Virus record (IMG/VR): IMGVR_UViG_3300030376_004869
Span: 1-43,723 of that record
Source of the DNA: a virus
Taxonomy: Duplodnaviria > Caudoviricetes
Strand: one strand, 5' to 3'
Length of the DNA: 43,723 nucleotides
Below, piece after piece: positions 35,473-43,140 of the stretch. The translations under genes and the position numbers were made by a program. The notes beneath the pieces were generated by a model that worked only from the letters and a program-made list of their open reading frames with translations, was not told where the DNA came from and searched no databases. Position 1 is the stretch's first letter. Every line of letters starts with the position of its first letter.

Positions 35473-37808
35473 TAACAAAAAAAATAGGGTGAATCAATTA
35501 CGGCATCTGATGTCAGATCACCGATAATTGGCGGTTTAGTTTCAGCATTAATCTGTTTAGCAAAAGTTAGTAATGGCTCTTGCTCAAATAAATGCTTATA
35601 TATTTCTCGTACGACAAGGGATATTTCATCCATGTCAGTCGCACGACACAGTACGGAGTCGTGTATTAAAGCTATAGGGTTATTAAATTTTAAAGTGCTT
35701 AAACAAAGTAAAGAGGCATCTAGTGAATGAATTAAGTTAGGTGCCGTAGCAGCCTTATGTCTAGCTATATCTGGTTTATCTTTATCACCTGTGGCTACGT
35801 ATAACTCACAAGCTCCAAGCAGATGTAGTTGTAAACGTTGTACTTCTTTCTTCATTAATTTTTGACGAACAACAAATCCTGATGGTGTTGTCCATTCAAT
35901 TTCCTTTTCTCCTCGTTTAATAGCTTTTGATATTTCTAACTCGATCCACTTCATTACTTGCATAGCCCCGGGAACGACCTTGTTCATGGCATCCCTGACA
36001 GCTACTACAATCTCCGTTAATTCATCTTTATCTAATTCTATATTATCTTCTTTAAATGCTTGCTTTATGTAAGCTCTATTTGAAAAAGGTTTTGCATTAT
36101 AAGGAATAGTCATAACTGTTCTCTTAGTCTTTTTCCTATTCCAGATATGACGATATCTCTCAGGTATATTTGGCTTTGATAATTCAGCTACTACTTTATA
36201 GGCATCTTGTGGTTTATCTGATTTTGTAACGTTGACTAATTTAGCAGTACTTGCATCTTGAGCTAACAAAGCAAGTAACTGTAATCCTGAGCAAGTAGCA
36301 TCAATAGCTACAGGCAAACAAGTAGTTGAACGAGTTTTCTTAAGACACACATGATAATATTCTTCACATGCTGCTAAGAATTGGAACGGCTCTTCCGCTA
36401 CTTCCCAGTCACCTATATTTTCTATTGGATCTACTGCTACACGTTTAATAAGATCAAGATTTTCATCTATCCATTTCTGTCTATCTTCATAAGTATCTTT
36501 ATCTAATCCATATGTTGTTGCTATTTGAAACCTTAAAAAATATTCTCCTCTTTCTGTAATTGGTACAGCATCTGCAAAAACAAGTAAGCTTTTACCCCAG
36601 TCTGTATCTTGTGGTGTTAAGACTGATGGAATGGGATAAATGCGACCTCGGTAATCGTATGAAAAAGGTATGAAAAATTTCTTTTTATCCTTAAATCTAT
36701 TTATTGCCTCCATTGTCATACGTGTTCGACAAGATTTCTTAAACTCTTGTGCGTTACGATTGTTTACTTCAGCAGCATCTCTTCTATATTTGTGTCTTGC
36801 TTCTTCGTTAGTTGCTATATCAACAGGTTTTGGTGGTAACTCATGGTTAACAATCGGTAGGAATTTTCCAACAGGTCTTTGTAGTCTGTCTAATTCCTCA
36901 GATACCTTGACAATACAGGGGTTTAGCTTAAACGCTACCTTTTGAACTTTATTAATAAATTCATAGGTTTGTTTTCCCTGTATAAACCCCTGATTAGAGC
37001 GTCGAACAAAGTCATGGGCATGCATTAGCTCATTTAAAATGTATCCACCTTGCTTATCCGGCTCCCAGTCATTCGGCTCAACTAACATTGGCCAAGCACA
37101 TGGACTAAATAATTCAGCTTCAGCCATAATCTGATCTTTAATTGCTAAGAATTGATCAGTGGGTGTAATTTTTAAAGTCTGTTTACGTCCCTGCCTTATA
37201 TATGTTTTTTCAAACCAACCACTTACTGATAATAAACACTCTAATAACCATGTACCTAAACGAACTCTTAAGGCATTACCCCAGGATTTCCAAGGTTTAA
37301 CCTCATATCTATTCATTAAGGTTTGGATATTCTTAACTTTCCATGCCGTCCCTGTGGATTTATGCCAATAATTATCTTGTAAAACTTTTAATAAACCGGG
37401 TGCGTGTTCTACATAGTGTCTCATTTGACATTCATCTTCTAAGGCATTACCAATAGCTTTAGTTATGTAAGTTGCATAATCTTGTTTAGGTTTGGTACTA
37501 AATATGTGATCGAAACTAATTTTGCAAGTTATTGTTGCAGCAGCTAAAGGTTCTACATCAATAAGATATTGTTTAATATCTGCAAAATGTGTACCTGCTT
37601 TTCCTTTTCTAATTCTTAAATAAGTATTTTCTATTTTGTTTACAAGTAAAGGTAAAAGAGTATCCATACTTGATACCCCATAAACAGTCGCAGAAGCATA
37701 ACTTTTATCTTCTAAATTCTTAGTGTTATCTTTTAATCGTTTTAATCCACAAGCAATTGCTTCTCTTTCAAATGCAATTTGCTCTACAATGTCTGGAAAA
37801 TGTGTCAT
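35472..37808 (-). CDS. Single-subunit phage RNA polymerase
   Basis: DYRGRIY, DATCSGLQ (motif A), RKKTKRTVMTIPY (motif B), PNLIHSLDA, IHDS (motif C); compact 778 aa. Confidence 0.98.
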   Translation of the reverse strand: MTHFPDIVEQIAFEREAIACGLKRLKDNTKNLEDKSYASATVYGVSSMDTLLPLLVNKIENTYLRIRKGKAGTHFADIKQYLIDVEPLAAATITCKISFDHIFSTKPKQDYATYITKAIGNALEDECQMRHYVEHAPGLLKVLQDNYWHKSTGTAWKVKNIQTLMNRYEVKPWKSWGNALRVRLGTWLLECLLSVSGWFEKTYIRQGRKQTLKITPTDQFLAIKDQIMAEAELFSPCAWPMLVEPNDWEPDKQGGYILNELMHAHDFVRRSNQGFIQGKQTYEFINKVQKVAFKLNPCIVKVSEELDRLQRPVGKFLPIVNHELPPKPVDIATNEEARHKYRRDAAEVNNRNAQEFKKSCRTRMTMEAINRFKDKKKFFIPFSYDYRGRIYPIPSVLTPQDTDWGKSLLVFADAVPITERGEYFLRFQIATTYGLDKDTYEDRQKWIDENLDLIKRVAVDPIENIGDWEVAEEPFQFLAACEEYYHVCLKKTRSTTCLPVAIDATCSGLQLLALLAQDASTAKLVNVTKSDKPQDAYKVVAELSKPNIPERYRHIWNRKKTKRTVMTIPYNAKPFSNRAYIKQAFKEDNIELDKDELTEIVVAVRDAMNKVVPGAMQVMKWIELEISKAIKRGEKEIEWTTPSGFVVRQKLMKKEVQRLQLHLLGACELYVATGDKDKPDIARHKAATAPNLIHSLDASLLCLSTLKFNNPIALIHDSVLCRATDMDEISLVVREIYKHLFEQEPLLTFAKQINAETKPPIIGDLTSDAVIDSPYFFC

Positions 37809-37861
37809 TAAATGTGCACCGCATTTTTATCTCCGCATATACATGCGCGTACAGGTTCATA

Positions 37862-37894
37862 AATAAAAGAGGGTCAGGGATTTAACCCCGACCC
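37862..37894 (-). terminator. Terminator-like hairpin between attP and RNAP
   Basis: GGGTCGGGG-TTAAAT-CCCTGACCC-TCTTTTATTT. Confidence 0.65.
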
Positions 37895-37921
37895 GTGCAC
37901 TTGAGTATATTGGTTCTAACT

Positions 37922-37963
37922 AGATTTTAAGTCTGGTGCGTCTACCAATTCCGCCATACTCCC
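37922..37963 (-). mobile_element. Putative attP core: 42 bp equal to the 5' half of tRNA-Leu(UAA)
   Basis: GGGAGTATGGCGGAATTGGTAGACGCACCAGACTTAAAATCT spans acceptor 5' strand, D-arm and anticodon loop TAA. No T-arm follows. It lies just downstream of the integrase, as described for P-SSP7. Confidence 0.88.
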
Positions 37964-38091
37964 AGTCATACCAACGGATCTCAAGGACATTTGTTACCTT
38001 TTTTATGATCCATGTGATATTTTTCATCGTATCAGAGAGTTATGGGAATGGGTACGCACGTCACCAGATAAATAAAATCTAGTAAAAACTT

Positions 38092-39030
38092 TTACCCAAG
38101 TGGGAGTGCCAACGTTGATTTGATCTGATCAAAACCAGACTCACGTTGAGCTTGTGCTAATGCAAGAATTGCTTCTCTTTTAGCTTGATTTGTTGCCCTT
38201 GCATATCTAAGTGTCACGTCCATGGTGGAGTGATCACATAAATCTTGAACAGTTACTAATGGAATACCTTGTTCAATTAGTGTTGTACAAAATGTATGCC
38301 TTAAATATTTAATAGGGTACGCTTTCTCAGGTACTGCATATTCAGCCACTGCAGTAAATGCACGGCTAATTTCATACCTAGAAGACCAATCATCTCCAAA
38401 TAACTTTTTATTATTTGGTTGATTTAATGACCTATTTTGTAAGAGTTGATAAATAGGTGAATTAGGTGCAATTGGTACACCCCCAGCACCTTGCCCCTTA
38501 GATATGAAGTCTTTACGACCACCGATTTTCAAGAAATGATTGTGAAAATCAACGTCTTTTACTTCTATTTGTAGGAACTCACCAAGTCTCATACCAGTTG
38601 AACTTTGTACGATAATCGCATCAGCTAACTTTGGCTTGTTGAAATCATTCAATGCCGAATTAACTAAGCGAGTTACCTCGTCCATGGTATAAACCTTGAC
38701 GTGCTGCTTAGGTACTTTTAACCTCAAACCTTTAAATGAAGGTAAGGTATGTGTTATTACTCCTGAGTCAAAACAATAATTAAGTACTGTTGATACTGCA
38801 GAAATAATTTTATTGATCGTGGCTGGAGCTTTATGCTCATGAGTCATTGCAGAAATAATTTTATGCATGACTGTTCGATCCAGTTGAGTTACTGGAAATG
38901 ACTTACCAATAATGCGTGATACATGTTCGCAGTTAAATAGCTGCGCACGTGCTCCATTACCAGTAATCCATTGATAACGATTGGATGCTGTGTATTTAAC
39001 ACATTGCCCCCACGTTTTAAGTTTCGTCAT
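38092..39030 (-). CDS. int: Tyrosine integrase
   Basis: TGMRLGE (R), SKG (K), KYLRH (HxxR variant), LCDH, TLRY (Tyr). Confidence 0.92.
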   Translation of the reverse strand: MTKLKTWGQCVKYTASNRYQWITGNGARAQLFNCEHVSRIIGKSFPVTQLDRTVMHKIISAMTHEHKAPATINKIISAVSTVLNYCFDSGVITHTLPSFKGLRLKVPKQHVKVYTMDEVTRLVNSALNDFNKPKLADAIIVQSSTGMRLGEFLQIEVKDVDFHNHFLKIGGRKDFISKGQGAGGVPIAPNSPIYQLLQNRSLNQPNNKKLFGDDWSSRYEISRAFTAVAEYAVPEKAYPIKYLRHTFCTTLIEQGIPLVTVQDLCDHSTMDVTLRYARATNQAKREAILALAQAQRESGFDQIKSTLALPLG

Positions 39031-39391
39031 AAAGAATACGTTTAATACGAGCTACTAAAACTTCTCCTTTTTTTGTAAGACGGAGTTGAAGTCTTCTTCG
39101 ATTACATGGGTCTGCCTCCTTAATTATTAATCCGAGTCCTTGTTTCCCTACCCAATGCTTATGGGATAACCAGTCAGTGCATCGACTGGCAGCAGCAGTT
39201 GATAAGCCGAGTCCTTCATTAGGATCTTCGAGTGCTTGTTTATGACAATCTTTGTGACTAGCAATATATAGCAACGTACTTAATAACTGCGCTGGCATCT
39301 CCCTGTCATATTCACGCAGGATATTTATAACTTCGTAAAGTTTAAATATCTTTTGATCCGTCAGGGTCTTGCGGTAAGGATCCATCGTCAT
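39017..39391 (-). CDS. MarR-like winged-helix regulator
   Basis: EMPAQLLSTLLYIA...LSTAAASRCTDWL...GLI....DPCNRRRLQLRLTKKG. Confidence 0.88.
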   Translation of the reverse strand: MTMDPYRKTLTDQKIFKLYEVINILREYDREMPAQLLSTLLYIASHKDCHKQALEDPNEGLGLSTAAASRCTDWLSHKHWVGKQGLGLIIKEADPCNRRRLQLRLTKKGEVLVARIKRILYDET

Positions 39392-39500
39392 CGTTGGGGC
39401 AAGTGTATTCTATACGTAAATTACCTAAGTGGATAGATAAGTCACAATATTTAGTATCATCTACACCCATGTAAAAGGTTCCGGCTGAAAATAACTGCAT
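39342..39500 (-). CDS. Hypothetical protein (52 aa)
   Basis: Hand translation MQLFSAGTFYMGVDDTKYCDLSIHLGNLRIEYTCP...; overlaps the MarR start. Confidence 0.55.
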   Translation of the reverse strand: MQLFSAGTFYMGVDDTKYCDLSIHLGNLRIEYTCPNDDDGSLPQDPDGSKDI

Positions 39501-39580
39501 GTGTATGTGGATTGTTTGTGTTATTTATACCTAGATCTTATTACTTAACAACTTCATAAATATTGTATTGTAAATTCTGG

Positions 39581-39733
39581 TTAAGTGTTTTTACAGTTTT
39601 TCTGTAAATCATGTAAATACATAGTTACAGCTTTAATTGTTAAATCATTAATCGTCATATCCTGCTCGGCAGCAGCGATTTTGATTTTTTTATGTAGCCA
39701 ATCTTCTAAATTGACTGTCATCCTTTTTACCAA
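39581..39733 (-). CDS. Ribbon-helix-helix (Arc/CopG/ParG-like) DNA-binding protein (46-50 aa)
   Basis: (M)VKRMTVNLEDWLHKKIKIAAAEQDMTINDLTIKAVTMYL fits the RHH pattern; TTG 39733 or ATG 39721 start. Confidence 0.75.
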   Translation of the reverse strand: MVKRMTVNLEDWLHKKIKIAAAEQDMTINDLTIKAVTMYLHDLQKNCKNT

Positions 39734-39747
39734 AAATTGATACCTAT

Positions 39748-39873
39748 TTATATGAAATATACATCATGGTGTACTTGATCTTTTATAATATCAAGCAAAA
39801 TTGTCTTTTGAGGATGATTTGTGATTTCTGATACTAAACGTTGTATCAGTTTCTCTTTAGTTTTTTTATTCAT
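39748..39873 (-). CDS. Hypothetical protein (41 aa)
   Basis: MNKKTKEKLIQRLVSEITNHPQKTILLDIIKDQVHHDVYFI; GGAGG upstream; overlaps the previous stop. Confidence 0.65.
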   Translation of the reverse strand: MNKKTKEKLIQRLVSEITNHPQKTILLDIIKDQVHHDVYFI

Positions 39874-40183
39874 TTGTGAAAAATCCTCCTGCTTGTAAGC
39901 CTTGTACTATTTCGTGATTGCATACAACAATTTCTAAATCAGGTTCTGTTACTAGTTTCCTAAATTTTTTAATCGCTGCGTCCTTACGTTTATATGAATA
40001 TTCTTTTACTTTCTTTGTTTCAATGTTCTTAGTCCTGATAAGACACTCAACTTGTCTGGGTAATTCCCATCCAAAGACTCTGAGATTCATAAAAAGTTCA
40101 AACTCAATTGGATCGAACTTGTCTGAAGGGGCATCGGAGTATACCTGCCATTTATTGGGGTAATACTTTTTAGTTTTTTTCAT
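39866..40183 (-). CDS. Conserved early hypothetical protein (105 aa)
   Basis: KKYYPNKW...WELP...IRT.N..T.KVKEY.Y motif recalled from cyanopodoviruses. Confidence 0.8.
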   Translation of the reverse strand: MKKTKKYYPNKWQVYSDAPSDKFDPIEFELFMNLRVFGWELPRQVECLIRTKNIETKKVKEYSYKRKDAAIKKFRKLVTEPDLEIVVCNHEIVQGLQAGGFFTNE

Positions 40184-40349
40184 GTGGAAATACGTCTACA
40201 AGTTTTGCATTAAGTTTGTTGGCTAAATCGGCTGCGCTATATGCTGCGTCCATGTCGTCCTCAGCTAGCACAAAAGTCTCCCCATGTTTATCAATTAGCA
40301 CGCGATATTCTCGACGGATATTACCGTCAGAATTTTTTGTTAGAGGCAT
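40170..40349 (-). CDS. Hypothetical early protein (59 aa)
   Basis: Hand translation MPLTKNSDGNIRREYRVLIDKHGETFVLAEDDMDAAYSAADLANKLNAKLVDVFPHEKN. Confidence 0.7.
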   Translation of the reverse strand: MPLTKNSDGNIRREYRVLIDKHGETFVLAEDDMDAAYSAADLANKLNAKLVDVFPHEKN

Positions 40350-40376
40350 AATTGTTAATGACTTTGTGAAAGTTTT

Positions 40377-40613
40377 TTAATTAATTGTTTCGTTCTTTTC
40401 TTTGATTGTTTTAGAGCTACTGGGTTGCGCTTTGATTTGTCTTTGCGCCTTACGTCCCCTTGTGCGTGTTTTAGTTGCCTTATACTGTCCATCTTTAACT
40501 TTCCTTAATAACTCTGTGTATTGTTCTGTCCATTCATGTTCTGGAAAATGATATAACCAACACGAAATGGCATTTTCTAGTAGCCATTCATCTGACTTGT
40601 TTACTACGGGCAT
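40377..40613 (-). CDS. Hypothetical early protein with basic tail
   Basis: DEWLLENAISCWLYHFPEHEW core; start uncertain (40613 or 40622). Confidence 0.7.
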   Translation of the reverse strand: MPVVNKSDEWLLENAISCWLYHFPEHEWTEQYTELLRKVKDGQYKATKTRTRGRKAQRQIKAQPSSSKTIKEKNETIN

Positions 40614-40743
40614 AATATTCATTTAGTAATTTATCTTTTAAATGCTCCACGTCCTTGTGTAATAACGTGCAGTTTTTAGGACGGTGGTGTATGAAGTCAA
40701 AGCGTCCTATTAAATGTAGTAATTCTTCTTTGTTTAGTTGCAT
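40588..40743 (-). CDS. Hypothetical early protein (51 aa)
   Basis: GGAGG RBS, then MQLNKEELLHLIGRFDFIHHRPKNC...YYARSKQVR. Confidence 0.65.
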   Translation of the reverse strand: MQLNKEELLHLIGRFDFIHHRPKNCTLLHKDVEHLKDKLLNEYYARSKQVR

Positions 40744-40769
40744 AACCTCCGTGAGATAAAGGAAAAGAA

Positions 40770-40818
40770 GAGGGAGAGTCCCTCATTTAGCCCACCAAAA
40801 AGGAAGGGCTAAAAGAGA
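40770..40818 (-). ncRNA. Intergenic RNA motif copy A (TCTC-hairpin-TGAGG.ACTC..CCTC)
   Basis: TTTAGCCC/GGGCTAAA stem followed by GAGGGA-CTC-TCCCTC. Confidence 0.45.
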
Positions 40819-40821
40819 AAA

Positions 40822-41028
40822 TCATTCAGCAATAATCCATTGGTTCTTATCAACCCATGTTTCATTGCCATCTACACAATGCCGACAGAGAACGGCTGTC
40901 CATGAAAAGTGATAAGCTCTCCAGCTATCACCGCAATGTGGACACTTAATTAGTTTTCCTTCTCTGCCTGCTTTTGTATATCTATCAACGAATTTAATTC
41001 TCTCTTGTTCTGTTATAACAAGAGTCAT
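40822..41028 (-). CDS. Zinc-ribbon protein
   Basis: CPHC-x14-CRHC. Confidence 0.8.
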   Translation of the reverse strand: MTLVITEQERIKFVDRYTKAGREGKLIKCPHCGDSWRAYHFSWTAVLCRHCVDGNETWVDKNQWIIAE

Positions 41029-41207
41029 ATTGTACCTTCTAATAAGTCAACACATTCCCAGTATGATTGTGAAAGATAAGGTACTTTGTTTATTCTTTCT
41101 AGTAATAAATTCCTTATCTCATTATCAAGTATTTGTCTGCGTCCATGCTGACTATTATTAGTGGTCTGAATAAGCGCGTCATATGCGCGTGCTGTAAGTG
41201 GGTGCAT
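41025..41207 (-). CDS. Hypothetical early protein (60 aa)
   Basis: ATGA overlap with the next gene. Confidence 0.65.
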   Translation of the reverse strand: MHPLTARAYDALIQTTNNSQHGRRQILDNEIRNLLLERINKVPYLSQSYWECVDLLEGTI

Positions 41208-41228
41208 GTATAAATCCGTGCTTGTACG

Positions 41229-41298
41229 TGAGGCGTCGAGTACCTCATCCTGTTCGCCTATCCATTATGTGTAAATGGACAGGTAGAACAAGAGGAGA
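41229..41298 (-). ncRNA. Intergenic RNA motif copy B (long hairpin + TGAGG.ACTC..CCTCA)
   Basis: TTGTTC..CCTGTCCATT/AATGGATAGG.GAACAG stem followed by TGAGG-TACTCGACG-CCTCA. Confidence 0.45.
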
Positions 41299-41301
41299 TA
41301 G

Positions 41302-41550
41302 TCAAAAGGTGATTAACTTCCGAGTGTAAGCACCAGCGTTCCTGACATCCCTGATTAATAAAGGCAACTCATACTTTATTTGTTTAATAAGTAGAGCTAC
41401 GCCCTTGTTAATTAGTTCAAGTGCTGGTGGTTCTTCTAACTCTTTAACTAAGCAATGATCTTGCAATGAATGTGCAATTTCAATTAATTGTTTCTTAGTT
41501 AATCTCTCTGATATAGATGCAGTTAATGCAGACTCAAATGATTTAGACAT
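41302..41550 (-). CDS. Hypothetical early protein
   Basis: ORF in the gene orientation that fills the gap; likely start MSKSFE. Confidence 0.65.
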   Translation of the reverse strand: MSKSFESALTASISERLTKKQLIEIAHSLQDHCLVKELEEPPALELINKGVALLIKQIKYELPLLIRDVRNAGAYTRKLITF

Positions 41551-41607
41551 TTTCAATGAGTAGATAGGTTACGAATAGAGGAAGTAAAGCAAGAGGGAAT
41601 AATAAAA

Positions 41608-41910
41608 TCATGCGAAACACTCAGTCATAGCCAAGCGTTGCTGACAATAGTGTTCAACTACTATCCAAACAATTTTATTAATGAGTCGATTAACCGTACT
41701 CCAATCGCCTGTGATTTCTTTCATGTAGTTGTCATTGTACAACTCACTCATTAAATCCTCGATCTCATACTCATACTCAAAAAAGAATTTGCGAATCTCA
41801 TTGGAATAAATAAAACCGCCAACTCCCATTGAACATCCGTATTCTGCTACGTCCTTGACTTCATCTAGATCATCAAAGCGTGCATCTAATGCATCAATTA
41901 AACGTGACAT
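41608..41910 (-). CDS. Acidic early protein (100 aa; GC..GV.GFIY family)
   Basis: Start placed at MSRLID; Asp/Glu-rich; sits in the early region. Confidence 0.8.
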   Translation of the reverse strand: MSRLIDALDARFDDLDEVKDVAEYGCSMGVGGFIYSNEIRKFFFEYEYEIEDLMSELYNDNYMKEITGDWSTVNRLINKIVWIVVEHYCQQRLAMTECFA

Positions 41911-41944
41911 GTTTGAATGAAAGCTTCTCTCATTGAGAAGCAAA

Positions 41945-41989
41945 AGCACTGGCAGGAGTTGCACCCACCCCGGGCTATTATCCCGTGCT
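41945..41989 (-). ncRNA. tRNA-like mini-element E3
   Basis: AGCAC/GTGCT outer stem, GGG-ATAATAG-CCC hairpin, GGTGGG-TGCAACT-CCTGCC T-arm. Confidence 0.5.
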
Positions 41990-42002
41990 GAATGTTAATT
42001 AG

Positions 42003-42275
42003 TTAAACAAATGCGGGTAACTCTACAGACTTATAAGGTATAAAATCAGTAACCCCATTGTCCTTGACACGACTAGCTTTTAGGCAGTTATTGTTTACCC
42101 AAAAACCTAAAGATATATCGGGATTAAATAATACATTTGCAATAGCACGAGCAGATACATTTGTGTATCTGTACTGATAACCATTTACAAAAGTTACTAA
42201 TACCGTTCTTGATAATAGATCTACTTTTAGATCATCAATAGCTTTAGATGTACGATAAGGCACAGTGATAAACAT
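42003..42275 (-). CDS. Early protein, KTSC-like
   Basis: SKAIDDLKVD...TVLVTFVNGYQYRYTNVS resembles KTSC domains. Confidence 0.75.
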   Translation of the reverse strand: MFITVPYRTSKAIDDLKVDLLSRTVLVTFVNGYQYRYTNVSARAIANVLFNPDISLGFWVNNNCLKASRVKDNGVTDFIPYKSVELPAFV

Positions 42276-42322
42276 AAAGTTAATGAATGAATAAGTTTAA
42301 TTAAATGGGAATTAAATCCCAA

Positions 42323-42354
42323 TGTCTGTCGGAGGAGTCGAACCTCCGATACAC
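42323..42354 (-). ncRNA. tRNA-like mini-element E1
   Basis: TCGGAGG-TTCGACT-CCTCCGA is a canonical T-loop hairpin; a TGGGA/TCCCA hairpin follows. Confidence 0.55.
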
Positions 42355-42356
42355 CA

Positions 42357-42713
42357 TCAGACTAATAACCAAGCGTTAGGAATTTCGTATTCGTCATACA
42401 TACCTGTTGCAGGATCAGTTTGTTTCATAAACCACTGACCTTGTTTCTGGAAGATGAAGGATAAATCATTTAGTACAAACTTAATTAAGGCGTTAAGTCT
42501 TGATTTAGTTGTATTAGTTTTCCAACCTTGATGGTTGATAAAGAGTTGACCGTCATGTTTATAAGTAGCGATGTGATTATCATGTAGATAAACACGCATC
42601 TCAGCTTTAGAATCAGCGCCCTTGGGTACATGTACTTGTACCTTGGTGTTTGCTTTTTCAAAGTGTGAACGGTCCATGATTGCTTGAATCATTTCTCTCT
42701 CGATTTTTCGCAT
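42357..42713 (-). CDS. Conserved early protein (118 aa)
   Basis: MRKIEREM..AI...VYLHDNHIA...GW.TNTTKSRLNAL...FQK..QW family recalled from cyanophage early regions. Confidence 0.85.
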   Translation of the reverse strand: MRKIEREMIQAIMDRSHFEKANTKVQVHVPKGADSKAEMRVYLHDNHIATYKHDGQLFINHQGWKTNTTKSRLNALIKFVLNDLSFIFQKQGQWFMKQTDPATGMYDEYEIPNAWLLV

Positions 42714-42714
42714 G

Positions 42715-42801
42715 TTAATAATGAACGATGTTTAAGTGGACAAGTTGCACAAAAAAAAGTGCAAAGAAAAGAGTGCCGATTTGATCGGCTGCGTCTAGCA
42801 T
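42715..42801 (-). CDS. Possible 28-aa hydrophobic peptide
   Basis: MLDAADQIGTLFFALFFVQLVHLNIVHY; TGATG coupling. The same bases also form GCCGAT/ATCGGC and TTGCAC/GTGCAA hairpins, so it may be non-coding. Confidence 0.3.
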   Translation of the reverse strand: MLDAADQIGTLFFALFFVQLVHLNIVHY

Positions 42802-43022
42802 CACCAAGCGTTAGCACTGGCGTACTCTTCCCGATATTCATCGAGCAATTCTTGCTCTTGAATACTGATTAACTCTTCAACGGAGTAGCGAGGTGCTAGT
42901 CCTGAACTGACTTTATGCCATGACTTATCTAATACATCGAGCACTAATTGCTCGCAATGTTCAGATACTATAGCCACTGGCTGAGTTAGCTCTTGAGGAG
43001 TGAATGATTGAAAGTTAGTCAT
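42801..43022 (-). CDS. First early protein (73 aa, acidic)
   Basis: Start placed at MTNFQSF; the upstream extension in the ORF track runs through an RNA structure. Confidence 0.7.
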   Translation of the reverse strand: MTNFQSFTPQELTQPVAIVSEHCEQLVLDVLDKSWHKVSSGLAPRYSVEELISIQEQELLDEYREEYASANAW

Positions 43023-43040
43023 AATTAAATAGCGACAAAA

Positions 43041-43085
43041 ACCAAGGCGAGGACTTGAACCTCGACGCATGCCTTCATGCTTGGT
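43041..43085 (-). ncRNA. tRNA-like mini-element E2
   Basis: ACCAAG/CTTGGT outer stem, CATG-AAGG-CATG hairpin, CGAGG-TTCAAGT-CCTCG T-arm. Confidence 0.55.
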
Positions 43086-43140
43086 GTTCATTCATATTCA
43101 TGTGATTAACAACAAGGTGTAAGGGCTACTTCTTGTTTTC

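Noticed and set aside
37922-37963. Functional tRNA-Leu gene
   Set aside because: Similarity stops just after the anticodon loop; there is no variable arm, T-arm or 3' acceptor strand. Better explained as attP.
41945-43085. True tRNA genes at the T-loop elements
   Set aside because: Each element is only 30-45 nt and lacks D and anticodon arms; they are reported as tRNA-like elements instead.
41911-43091. N-terminal extensions given by the ORF track (41964 and 43091; similarly 22710 and 32409)
   Set aside because: The extensions run through RNA structures or neighbouring genes; internal ATGs give better starts.
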